A DNA stretch of 63,755 bases, the filler included, from Conidiobolus incongruus B7586 (lineage: Eukaryota): the NCBI GenBank assembly GCA_000697335.1. It is 18 parts of 18 records of this genome, joined end to end, with 100 filler letters (N's around TTAATTAATTAA, not from the genome) between each part and the next. Parts side by side here need not be neighbours in the genome. Positions count along the whole stretch, not along the records: positions 11,949 to 13,559 come from JNEM01000268.1; positions 13,660 to 15,498 come from JNEM01000269.1; positions 15,599 to 17,169 come from JNEM01000271.1; positions 17,270 to 18,627 come from JNEM01000272.1; positions 18,728 to 20,116 come from JNEM01000273.1; positions 20,217 to 21,336 come from JNEM01000274.1; positions 21,437 to 22,957 come from JNEM01000275.1; positions 23,058 to 24,277 come from JNEM01000283.1; 10 more parts are not named here. The stretch is one strand, 5' to 3'. The first letter of the stretch is position 1. Each line of letters starts with the position of its first letter. The position numbers and the translations under genes are program-made. The notes under the pieces are model-generated. The model was not told the origin of the DNA, searched no databases, and saw nothing but the letters and a program-made list of their open reading frames with translations. Below, piece by piece: positions 12,234-24,277 of this stretch.

Positions 12234-13558
12234 TAATATTACTTTGTAATTTAAATAATGGGAATTTTTTGCAATGGAAAAAAATAACATTTTAATATAT
12301 TAAAAGTAAAAATAAATATATAATATAAAATTAATAATTTTTTTTATTTTTAATAACTTTTTGCTATATTTTTAATAAAGATCTAATATTTAAAAAATAA
12401 TTCTTTTTATTAAAGACTGAAATTTGATATTTTACAAACTAATTAAATTTTTTTGCAGAAATTTTCTTTCTTGCAAGCTGGTTTTTTAATTCCCTAAAGC
12501 AATTATATCATATAGGTTATAATCTAAAAAATATACTAGATATAATAGTTTTTTCCAGTTATTTTTAATTAGAAAGTTTTTTATTACTTTAGATTTATGT
12601 ATTTTGCAATTATTATGCAAAATAATAGGTCTTCTCAAACTATATTGAGAATACCAATTAGAAATAGTTTTATTTAAAAAAGAAATATAAAGCTTATTAT
12701 TAATTGATTTTTCTTTAAGAACTAAATAAAAACAGCATATGCTATTATAATCTATTACAACAATTAACATTTATTTATTAATAAAATGTTTATTTAAAGG
12801 AATTTGTGGAAGGAGTTGATTTGGCTTAATCTAACACTTTAATTTATGTTTTGGTAGAGGATTATATAAAAAAATCTAAGATTCATCAATTATAATAATT
12901 TATTATAAAAGCTTTAGTTTCTAGCTATACCTTAGTAAGTTTTGTTTAACAATAGCTACTTTAGCTTTTTTTTAAGCTTTAGTTAAATTATAAGGTACCT
13001 ATTTTATATTTTTAATAATTGATTTTAATATAAACTTTAATATATATAAAATACTTATATATCTAATATTAAAATTTCTTAATAATTCTTTAGCTGAAAT
13101 AAAAAGATATTTTTCAATATAATTTTTCACTTTATTAATAATAAAAAATAATAGTTGAAATTAATCTTTTAAATTTTGATAGGTTTTGGGTAGTTTCTTT
13201 TTTAGCTTTAAAGTAATTTACCTAGTGATATATTGTTGATTTAGATAGTACTTTATTATTAAAAGGTGCTTGTAAATTTTAAATGATTTTAGAGAGTTTA
13301 TGGTTAAGTTCTATTGATACTAAAATAAAAGACTTTTGATAGTTATTATTTGGTTTAAACATGATTAAATTTAATAACTAATTTTAAAAAATTAATTTTT
13401 TAATAAAAAAAATTATTTTATATATATATATATATATTATAGTTCAAAACTATTTTTTTCTAATTTTTTTTCTATATATTATTTATTTAAAACTAACAAT
13501 ATGTTTGAAAAATCAGAAATTAAAAAATTTCCCATTTTTTAATTTTATAGTAATATTA
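12234..13558 (-). mobile_element. Full-length degenerate mariner (DD34D) transposon, copy B2
   Basis: TIRs TAATATTACTTTGTAATTTAAATAATGGGAATTTTTT and AAAAAATTTCCCATTTTTTAATTTTATAGTAATATTA. ORF 12486-12770 carries LH(N)NCKIH...YFLDYNLYD with 34 residues between the inferred 2nd and 3rd catalytic Asp. K*VPYNLT occurs near 12980-13003. Confidence 0.88.
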
Positions 13559-13659
13559 TNNNNNNNNNNNNNNNNNNNNNNNNNNNNNNNNNNNNNNNNN
13601 NNNTTAATTAATTAANNNNNNNNNNNNNNNNNNNNNNNNNNNNNNNNNNNNNNNNNNNN

Positions 13660-15201
13660 TATAATTATATATATTATTAACAATAACTTTTAATTTTTAA
13701 TCAAATCAATTTAAATTAAGATATATAATAAATTTATATTATTTTTATATAATTAAGTATATTTAATTTAGTTTTATTAACTTTTAGTTAATATATTAAG
13801 ATTTAAATTTTACCTAAGATATGTTATAAATTTGTGTATTTTAGTTATAGAAAGAAAATTAAAACTTAATATATTTACCATTTGCTTTCTTACTTCTTTA
13901 AGTTTATATGGTATAGAGTCAACTAACTTCTTATATTAAGAAAGATTAATTTTGTTCTAAGTATTTTAAATATATTCTTAAAGCTTATTTAAATTTTTAA
14001 CTAGTGGGAAAATTTTAACTTTTTTTAACTAATTTTAAAGGTAATTTATTAGATTAAGGTTAAAAAATTATAGAAACTACTTTTTAACTATTATTTTATT
14101 ATTTTTAAACCATTTGGTAGTAGAAATAATAATATAGCAAAAGATATTATCTTGTTGGAAAATAATATATGATTTATTTAACCTATACTATTCAATAGTT
14201 TTTTTTAATTTATTATTTAAAATATTATAGTATATTTTAGCATTAATTCCCTTATCAACTTTATAAAGATACCCTATACCAAAAAATAACATATATCCTT
14301 AAATTATAATTAACCTAATATTACATTTTTAGGTTAAAATAATATAATGGTTATAAAGTAATTCTTTGTCTTTTCTAAAATATCTAGTGTTTTTATTAAA
14401 TTTACTAAATTATATTTTTATTTTATTAAACGAAATAACCTTATTTTAAATAGTTTTAATTTAACTTCAATAATAATATTTAAATTTTTACTTAATTTTA
14501 TAATGGGATTTCTTTAGTTAAAGGTGTTTTTTCTTGAAATGTGAGTGGTATCTATTATAATATAAAGTATATATAATAGTATCAGTATTAACTAATATTC
14601 TTATATAGTCTTATAATTATTTTTGTATTTTTACAATATTATTACACCTACCTATACTAACTAACATATAAATATACCTTTTATCATGTTTATTTATAAT
14701 CCTAATATACTTAAGTTTAAGCTTAAATATATCCTTACCATAATATTTAACAATTTTTACTATAATAAACTAGCTAGCACTAGTAATTCCAGTAATCTTA
14801 TAAATTAATTTATCTTTACTATCAAGTTGATTAAAATACAAATGAATTTTTTTAAAAAGGGTTTTAAGTATTCTAATATTAATATTATTTAAAATAATAA
14901 TCTACAATAATAATATTAGTATATATTTATAAAATTTAATAAAAAAAAGATTTAAGTAATTTTTGTTTTATATACCTATTTAATTTTTAATCCTATAAAT
15001 TTATAACTCACCTTATTTAAAATTTAAGATTTGATATATTAACCCATAATATATTGAATATAATTAAATATAACTTATTATAATCAGATAATATATTATA
15101 ATTTTATATTTTAATTTAAATTAATTTAGTTAAGAATTATTTTAGTTATGAGTAAATATATAAGTGATTTTTATTTTATAACTTATTTTTACAAGCTAGT
15201 A
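13660..15201 (-). mobile_element. Degenerate Tc1-like copy A3
   Basis: Colinear with A1 and ends in TIR ...ACTTATTTTTACAAGCTAGTA followed by TA. Confidence 0.88.
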
Positions 15202-15209
15202 TATATATA

Positions 15210-15330
15210 TTTCAAAAATATTTATTTTCTTATTGGTTTTGTATAAATTTTTTTATTTAAAATTAATAGTATATTTGAAATATCAGAAATTAAAAAATTT
15301 CTCAATTTTTTAATTTTATTTGTATATTAT
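15210..15330 (-). mobile_element. 5' terminal fragment of the mariner family
   Basis: Matches 13440-13550 of B2 (...TTTGAAATATCAGAAATTAAAAAATTTCTCAATTTTT). Confidence 0.65.
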
Positions 15331-15733
15331 AATTTTATTTTTTATACAAATTTGAATTCATTTAACTAAAAGTTAAAAAAGTAATTAACAAAAATATATA
15401 TAATTATACTTCTATAATTTATATTTATAAAACAATATATATAACTTTTATGAATAAAAAAACCATATATAATTTAAGATAAATTAACTTTAACTACANN
15501 NNNNNNNNNNNNNNNNNNNNNNNNNNNNNNNNNNNNNNNNNNTTAATTAATTAANNNNNNNNNNNNNNNNNNNNNNNNNNNNNNNNNNNNNNNNNNNNTG
15601 TATTATTTGCTAATAAAAAATATATTTAGATATATTTAGTAAATTATTAGCAAAAATATTAACTTTTAATATTTAATTAATATAAGCTATAAATTTATAA
15701 TCTTTTAAAATAAAAAAAATATTTAATAATTTA

Positions 15734-17169
15734 TAATGACTCACAAAATTGACTTATAAAATCAAAAATATATATTTTAGTTAATAACTAAAACAATTAT
15801 ATATATTAGATTTACTGAAACTATAATATATAATTCAATTCAATTATTTGATAATAAGTAAATATATTTAGATATATTTAGTAAATTATGATCAAAAATA
15901 TTAATCCTTAAAATTTAATTAAAATAAGTCATAAATTTATAGGTTTTTAATATAAAGGGATATATTTAATAATATTTAACCATATTTTTTTGTTATTATT
16001 TTATATAATAATCTACAGATATATTAAATTTTTTTAATATTATTATACTTAAATCCCTTTTTAAAAAAATTCATTTGTATAGTAATTAACTTTATAAGAA
16101 AGAAAAATAAACTTATAATATTACTAGAATTACTAATATTAATTAGTTTACTATAGTTAAAGCTATTAAGAATATCAATAAAAAATATTTAAACTTAAAC
16201 TTAAATATATCAAAATTATAGATAAATAAGATAAAAAATATACCTAGAAGATAGTTAATATAAACAAATATAAAATTATTATAAAAATATAACAAGAACT
16301 ATAAAACTATGTGAATATATTAATCAGCTTTAATATTAATATGTATATTTTATATTAATATAGATATCACTTATATCTTAAAAAATACCTTTAATTAAAA
16401 AAATTCAATTATAAAGTTAAGTAAAAGCTTAAACATCATTATTAATATTAAAATAAAATTAAACAAAATAAAATTATTTAATTTATTCAAAATATATAGT
16501 TTAATAGTAAATTTATAAAAGCTAAATATATTAAAAAAATATAAAATTATTCTATAACTATTATATTAATTTTATCTATAAATATTATTAAAGATTGGGA
16601 GGTCTATTCATTTTTAATTTTAAATATCTGTTAAGATTCTAGATATAATCCACTTATAAATATCAGGAACAACCCTTATATAATGGAAAATTCTAAACTA
16701 TAGCAAAAGCTAAAACCTTAACATATTCGCCAAAAATCAACTATACTATAGAATAGTCATTGGACAGATATTTGCTATAGGATCATTTTGATCAAGCCTA
16801 AACCCTAGATCTTGTTATTTTAATAAAACTTCTCTAAAGTATTTAGTTAGTTGTCTTTAACCTGTTTTATTAAACTTATATGATCTTTATTGCAAGATTA
16901 TTTTCTAGAAGCCTTATAATATAATAATAGGTTAATTATTATTTTAAGATATATATTATTTTGAAATATATAATATTTTTGTAAAATAAAAAACGGAATT
17001 AATATTAAGATATAGCAAATTATTTTAAAGAATAAATTGAAAAAAACTATCAAATAATATAAATTAAATAAAACTAATATTATTTTTTAATAAAATAATA
17101 CCTTTTATTATACTTTAACTTTTATTACCAAATAACTTAAAAATAATATAATAAAAATTATAAAATATT
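15734..17169 (+). mobile_element. Degenerate Tc1-like copy A4 (variant subfamily) interrupted by a 333-bp insert
   Basis: Transposase relic colinear with A5-A7. Variant terminus TAATGACTCACAAAATTGACTTATAAAATC. Positions 15599-15733 are a second partial left end of the same subfamily. Confidence 0.8.
16586..16918. mobile_element. Probable solo LTR inserted in Tc1 copy A4
   Basis: Absent from the other Tc1 copies at this site and flanked by a direct ATAT repeat (16582-16585, 16919-16922). Ends TAT...ATA fit decayed TGT...ACA. It contains an internal AATAAA. Confidence 0.6.
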
Positions 17170-17269
17170 NNNNNNNNNNNNNNNNNNNNNNNNNNNNNNN
17201 NNNNNNNNNNNNNTTAATTAATTAANNNNNNNNNNNNNNNNNNNNNNNNNNNNNNNNNNNNNNNNNNNN

Positions 17270-18627
17270 ATAATAGGTTATATTTAATTATATTTAATAT
17301 ATTATTTGTTAATATATTAAATCTTAAATTTTAAATAGGGTGAGTCATAAATTTGTGGGTTTAAAAGTTAAAAAGGTATATAAAATAAAAATTACTTAAA
17401 TTTTTTTTATTAAATTATATATATTTATATTAATATTATTATTGTAAATTTTTATTTTAAATAATATTAGTATTAAAATACCTAAATCCCTCTCTAAAAA
17501 GATTCACTTGTGTATTAATCAACTCTATAATAAAAGTAAATCAATTTGTAAGATTGCTAGAATTACTAGTATTAGCTAGTTTACTATAGCTAAAGTTGTT
17601 AAAAATTATAGTAAAAATATATCTAAACTAATACTTAAGTATATTAGGATTATAAATAAATATGATGAAAAGTATATTTATAGGTTAATTAATACAAGTA
17701 AGTGTAATATTACTATAGAATTATAGAAAGAATTATAAAACTATACAAGAATATTAGTTAGTACTAATATTATTATATGTATTTTATATTATAATAGATA
17801 TCACTTAGATTTTAAGAAAAAACACCCCTAACTAAAAAAGTCTCACTATAAAACTAAACAAGAGTTTAAATGTTACTATTAAAGTTAAATTAAAACTGAT
17901 AAGAGTAAGGTTATATAGTTTAATAAAACAAAAATATATTTTAGTAGATTTAATAAAAAAACTAGATGTTTCAGAAAAAACAAAGAATTACTTTGTGACT
18001 ATTATGTTATTTCAACCTAAAAATATAATAGTGGGTTAATTATAGTTTAAGGATATATATTATCTTTTAGTGTAAAGTATCTTTATAAAGTTGATAGGGG
18101 AATTAATATTGAAATATACTAAAATATTCTAAACAATGAATTAAAAAAAACTATTGAATAATATAAATTAAATAAATCAGATGTTATTTTCTAATAAAAT
18201 AATACCTTTTGCTATACTACTATTTCTACTACCAAATAGTTTAAAAATAATAAAATAACAGTTATGAAATAGTTTTTTTAATCTTCTAATTTTAATATAA
18301 TTGAACATCTTTGGGATTAGTTAAAAATTAGTTAAAGTTTTCCCATTAGTAAAAAATTTAAATAAGTTTTAAAAATATATTTAAGAAGCTTAAAACAAAA
18401 TTAATCTTTCTTAATATAAAAAGTTAATTAACTTTATATCTTATAAACTTAAGGAAGTTAAGAAAGCAAAAGATAAATATACTAAGTTTTAATTTTTTTA
18501 TAACTAAAACATACAAATTTATAACTCATATTAAGTAAAATTTAAACTTTAATATATTAACTAAAATTTAATATAATTGGATCAAATATACTTAATTATA
18601 AATAAATAATATAAGTTTATTATATGT
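17270..18627 (+). mobile_element. Degenerate Tc1-like copy A5 (both ends cut by gaps)
   Basis: Reads PKSLSKKIHLCINQLY...ICKIARITSIS (HTH) and IEHLWD (18300-18317, cf. NPIEHLW). Confidence 0.9.
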
Positions 18628-18727
18628 NNNNNNNNNNNNNNNNNNNNNNNNNNNNNNNNNNNNNNNNNNNNTTAATTAATTAANNNNNNNNNNNNNNNNN
18701 NNNNNNNNNNNNNNNNNNNNNNNNNNN

Positions 18728-19946
18728 TTCACTTGTATATTAATCAACTTTATAATAAAGGTAAATTAACTTATAAGATTGTTAGAATTATTAGTGTTAG
18801 TTAATCTACTATAGTTAAAGCTGTTAAAAATTATAGTAAAGATATATTTATACCTAAACTTAAGTATATTAAAATTATAAATAAATATAATAAAAAATAT
18901 ATTTATAGGTTAGTTAATATAAGTAAATATAATATTACTATAGAAATATAAAAAAAATTATAAGATTATATAAGAATATTAGTTAATATTAATACTATTA
19001 TATATACTTTATATTATAATAAATACCATTTGCATTTTAAGAAAAAACACCCCTAACTAAAAAAATCCTATTATAAAATTAAATAGGAGTTTAAACATCA
19101 CCACTAAAGTTAAATTAAAATTAATTAAAGTAAGGTTATTTAATTTAATAAAACAAAAATATACCTTAGTAAATTTAATAAAAAAGCTAGATATTTTGAA
19201 AAAAACAAAGAATTACTTTGTGACCATTATGTTATTTTAACCCAAAAATATAATAATAGGTTAATTATTATTTAAGGATATATATTATCTTTTAGTAGAG
19301 GGTATCTTTATAAAGTTTATAGGGGAATTAATATTGAAATATACTAAAATATTCTAAACAATAAATTAAAAAAACTATTAAATAATATAAGTTAAATAAA
19401 TCAGATATTTTTTCTAATAAGATAATACCTCTTGTTATATTATTATTTCTATTACCAAATGGTTTAAAAATAAAAAAATAATAGTTATTAAGTGGCTTTT
19501 TTAATCTTTTAACCTTAATCTAATTAAATATCTTTCAAATTAGTTAAAAAAATAGTTAAAGCTTTCCCACCATTAAAAAATTTAAATAAGTTTTAAAAAT
19601 ATATTTAAGAAGCTTAAAACAAAATTAATCATTTTTAATATAAGAAGTTAATTGACTCTATAACCTATAAACTTAAGAAAGTTAAGAAAGCAAAAGATAG
19701 AAATATTAAGTTTTAATTTTCTTTCTATAACCAAAATATATAAATTTATCATTTATATTAGATAAAATTTAAATTTTAATATATCAACTAAAAGTTAATA
19801 TATTTAGATCAATTATACTTAATTATAAATAAAAAATATAAGTTTATTATATTTTTTAATTTAAATTAATTTAATTAAGAATTAACAGAGTTACTGATAA
19901 AAATATATATAATCATAATTTAATAACTCATTTTTGCAAGCTAGTA
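18728..19946 (+). mobile_element. Degenerate Tc1-like copy A6
   Basis: Colinear with A5. The right TIR ...AACTCATTTTTGCAAGCTAGTA ends at 19946, followed by TA. Confidence 0.9.
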
Positions 19947-21491
19947 TATATATATAAGAATTTAACAAATGAATTATTAATATTTTTTTAATAATTTTCT
20001 TAAAAATAATATATTTTGGAAACTTTATCAAAATAATAAAACAGGTTATAATATTTATAATTTTTTTAAAACTTCCATATAGATTTTTTAATATAATGAC
20101 TTATTAATTTAATATANNNNNNNNNNNNNNNNNNNNNNNNNNNNNNNNNNNNNNNNNNNNTTAATTAATTAANNNNNNNNNNNNNNNNNNNNNNNNNNNN
20201 NNNNNNNNNNNNNNNNAAAAATATATTTGTGTATTAACAAGTATATTTGTATTATTAACTTATATATATAATTTTAATAATTTAATGTTAGTCAATTAAT
20301 CAATTGTTAAACAAAATATTTTTTGTAAATTGTTTATTATTAAATGTAATACAACTATATTAATGATTTTGATAAAAAATAATAATATTTTATATTGATG
20401 AAACATATATAATATTATTGATTATTAAAATATGAAAATATCAACTAAAAAATTAATAATTTGGTATTTAATTTTGAACATATAATAAATTTTAAGTTTT
20501 AATTTAGTTTAATGAAAATTAAAAAAATTTTATTAAAATCTATTAAATTTGATTAAAAAAGTTAAATATTTGGAAAAATACAATCAATGGTTTTCACAAT
20601 CAATATTTATTTAAATAATTTTTGGTCAGATTTAAGATTTAAGAAGTTTGTTAGAAATGATACAAATTCTATTTATTTAATTTATAACAAAATTTTATTT
20701 TCAATTGATTAAAAATTGATTAAATATATAAACATTATTAAAAATAAGTCATTGATTTTAAATATCGATATTTTTTTTAAATTTATATATTTTATTCCAA
20801 TATATAATATTCACTTTATAATAAATATATTTTTTATTTGATTACTATTAAATAGTGATTTAAAAGAGTTTTAAATTATTATTTTAAAATTAAATACAGA
20901 TTTAATTTAAGAATATAATTTTAAGTTTCAGTTAAAATGATAATATTAAGTATGTAAATTTTATTTTATTATTATAAAAATGATTTAAAATTATTATTTA
21001 ATTTGTGTAATATATAAATATTTATTAATTTCAAAATTGAATAATATACCAAATCATTACCACAATTATTTTAGCAGTTTTTAATCAATAAATAAAATAT
21101 TATAAATCGTTAATTTCAAAAAATTACCTGCTATTTCATAATACAAATATATTTGAAATATTCATTTGAATAAAATAATTTTTATATTATTTTCCTCTTT
21201 CGTTTTAATTTATTGTTTTATTACCTATTTTTATAGACTATATACGAAATTTTTTATAACTATATTAATTATTTCAATTGATATTTATATATATATAAAT
21301 TAAATTAATTTGCATTATATTATATTAAATTTAATANNNNNNNNNNNNNNNNNNNNNNNNNNNNNNNNNNNNNNNNNNNNTTAATTAATTAANNNNNNNN
21401 NNNNNNNNNNNNNNNNNNNNNNNNNNNNNNNNNNNNTTTTTAAAAAAATATACTCTTTAGATTTTACAAATAATTAAAATAGGTTAAAATA

Positions 21492-22957
21492 TATTAACTT
21501 ATAAAAATATTATAAAATCAAATATATATATATATTTTAATTAATAACTAAAACATTTATATATATTAGATTACTTAAAACTATAATATATAATTAAGGT
21601 ATTTTATTTGATAATAGATAAATATATTTGTATATATTTAGTAAACTATTAGCAAAAATATTAACCCTTAATATTTAACTAAAGTGAATTATAAATTTGC
21701 AAGTCTTTAAGATAAAGGGATATATTTAACTATATATAACTCTATCTTTTTTCTCTCTTTGTTATTATTTTATATAATATTTTACAGATATACTAAATTT
21801 TTTTGATTAGTATTATTATACCTAAATCCCTTTGTAAAAAAGTTTATTTATATATCAATCAATTTAGAAAAAAAATAAATCAACTTGTGATATTACAAGA
21901 ATTACTAATGTTAGCTAGTCTACTATATTAAAGCTATTAAGAATAACTATAAAAACATATTAAAACCTAAACTTAAGTGTATTAAAATTATAGATAAATA
22001 TAATATAAAGTATATCTATAGGTTAGTTAATACAAATAAATATAATATTGCTATAAAAATATAGTAGGAATTATAAGATTATATAAGAATATTAGTTAGC
22101 ATTAATATTTTTATATATATTTTAAATTAATATAGATACTCTATATATTTTAAAAAAAAACACCCTTAACTAAAATATCCCATTATAAAGTTAAATGGGA
22201 GTTTATATATTATTATTAATATTAAACTTAAATTAATTAAAGTAAGGTTATTTAGTTTAATAAAATAAAATTTTATTTTAGTAAATCTGATGGAAAAGTT
22301 AAATACTTTAGAAAAGATATAAAACTACTTTATAACCATAATGTTAGTTATATCTAAAAGTATAATAATAGGTTAATTACTATTTAGGGATATATATTAT
22401 CTTTAGGTATAAGGTATCTTTATAAAGTTAATAAGGGTATTAATACTAAAATATATCAAAATATTCTAAACAATAAATAAAAAAACCATTAAATAGTATA
22501 GATTAACTAAATTTAATATTATTTTCCAGCAAGATAATATTTCATGTTATATTATAGCTTTTACTACCAAATAGCTTAAAAATAACAAAATAATAATTAT
22601 AAAATAGTTTCTTTAATTTTTTATCTTTAATCTAATTAAATATCTTTAAAATTAGTTAAAAAAGCTATTTAAGCTTTTTTTTAGAAAAAAAATTTAAATC
22701 AGCTTTGGGAATATATTCAAGAAATATAAAACAAGGATAACCCTTTTTAATATAAGAAGTTAGTTGATTCTATACCTTATAAACTTAAAGAAGTTAAAAA
22801 AGCTAATGGTAGATATACTAGGTTTTAATATTTTTTATCACTAAAAACTTACTAATTTATAAATTATTCTAGGTAAAATTCAAGAGTTTATATTTTAGCC
22901 AATTAATAACAAAATATCATTATTTATTGATATATATTATTAATAAATATAATATAT
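21492..22957 (+). mobile_element. Degenerate Tc1-like copy A7 (variant subfamily)
   Basis: IFQQDNISCY (GAT at 22533) followed by FNLIKYL* (cf. LNPIEHLW), with 34 codons between D and the inferred E (DD34E). SKSDGK lies after the first catalytic motif. Confidence 0.88.
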
Positions 22958-23284
22958 NNNNNNNNNNNNNNNNNNNNNNNNNNNNNNNNNNNNNNNNNNN
23001 NTTAATTAATTAANNNNNNNNNNNNNNNNNNNNNNNNNNNNNNNNNNNNNNNNNNNNTATTATTAATAGTATTTTTTTATCATTAAAATATAATAAAAAT
23101 CTTAAACTTATTATTATTTTTATAAGCATAATGGTAAAATACCAATATAATATAAAAAAACATTTTAATATAATAGTAGTATGACATAGAATATAGTACT
23201 ATAATATGGCTATAACATGTAAATATAAACAAAGTTTAATTAAGCTTTGAACTAGGATAAGTCACTGATATATTAGATTTATAA

Positions 23285-23540
23285 TAAATAGCACCAATAT
23301 ATTATAATATTCATAGGATATAGTCTCAATCTTAGAAATAATGAAAATAATAAGAAATAATAAAAATTGAGAGGAAAAAAGAGAAACCTAGTTTATTAGA
23401 TAATTTAATACTATTTATATAATTAATTTAACTATAAAAGTATAAATTAATCATATAATTTATAGTTAATTGAATTATATAGAAATATATATAAGAATAT
23501 AGAGAACTAGTCTATTAATAATTTTATTATAATATAATAT
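23285..23540 (-). mobile_element. Possible decayed LTR with adjacent PBS-like TGGTGCT
   Basis: Minus strand has TATAAATAG, then AATAAA plus a pyrimidine tract, then TGGTGCTA at ~23289-23296. Boundaries are uncertain. Confidence 0.3.
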
Positions 23541-23899
23541 TATATTAAGCTTAAATTAAATTAATATATATATATTTTATGTTTTAATTCATTATAAAAT
23601 CATTAAAATTTTATAATAACTAATAAAATATTTTTATTAAAACCTCTCAAAAACTAAAACAATCAAAAAAACATAAAAAATTTAAAATAATTGATAATGA
23701 AATTAAACTTAATAACTTAATTCCTTTAAAACAATAATTTAGCTTTATTATTAAAACTAAAGATTTTAAACACAAAGGATTAATTATTTTAACTAAATCA
23801 ATTAATTTAAAAGATATAACTTTAAAAAAAATTATCTAAATATAAATACTAATATAAATTTAATATTTTAATACCTATTAAATGATTTTATTTCTTAAA

Positions 23900-24277
23900 T
23901 ATTTTAATTTATTTTAATTTTATATTTTAATCATTATAAAGAAAATTATAAAATATTAAATTAAATATAAATTAAGAATTAAATTAGTTTATTATCTATT
24001 TTACTATTAATCTTTATAAAAGAATATTATTTTAAATAATACTTTGAAGAAATATTTAAATAAAAATTATATTAAATTATCTATTTCTCCCTAAGATTTA
24101 TTTGTTTTTTATATTAACAAAATAATAGTTTTAGAATATATATAGATTTTGAAATTTTTAATAAAAAAATAATTAAAAATGATATATCTCTTTGTAAGTT
24201 TATTAAATTAAATGGCCTAATTATAAGATATTGATAATTTATTAAATTAAATATAAAGAAGAGATATTAAATTAATA
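23900..24277 (+). mobile_element. Degenerate Ty3/gypsy reverse-transcriptase N-terminal fragment
   Basis: YIKLSISP*DLFVFYINK/NNSFRIYIDFEIFNKKIIKND...FIKLNIKKRY* resembles IxPSxSPW...VxKKDGSxRxCxDFRxLNxxT...FTKLDxKxGYxQ. Confidence 0.7.

Noticed and set aside
12486..12770. 94-aa ORF as an independent gene
   Set aside because: It is a stop-free stretch of the decayed mariner transposase in copy B2.
4459..24277. Idea that TAA/TAG are reassigned sense codons, or that the AT-rich block is organellar DNA
   Set aside because: Stops differ between TE copies and co-occur with missense transitions. Host genes end in TAA, TAG or TGA normally. The block translates to nuclear TE proteins, not mitochondrial genes.
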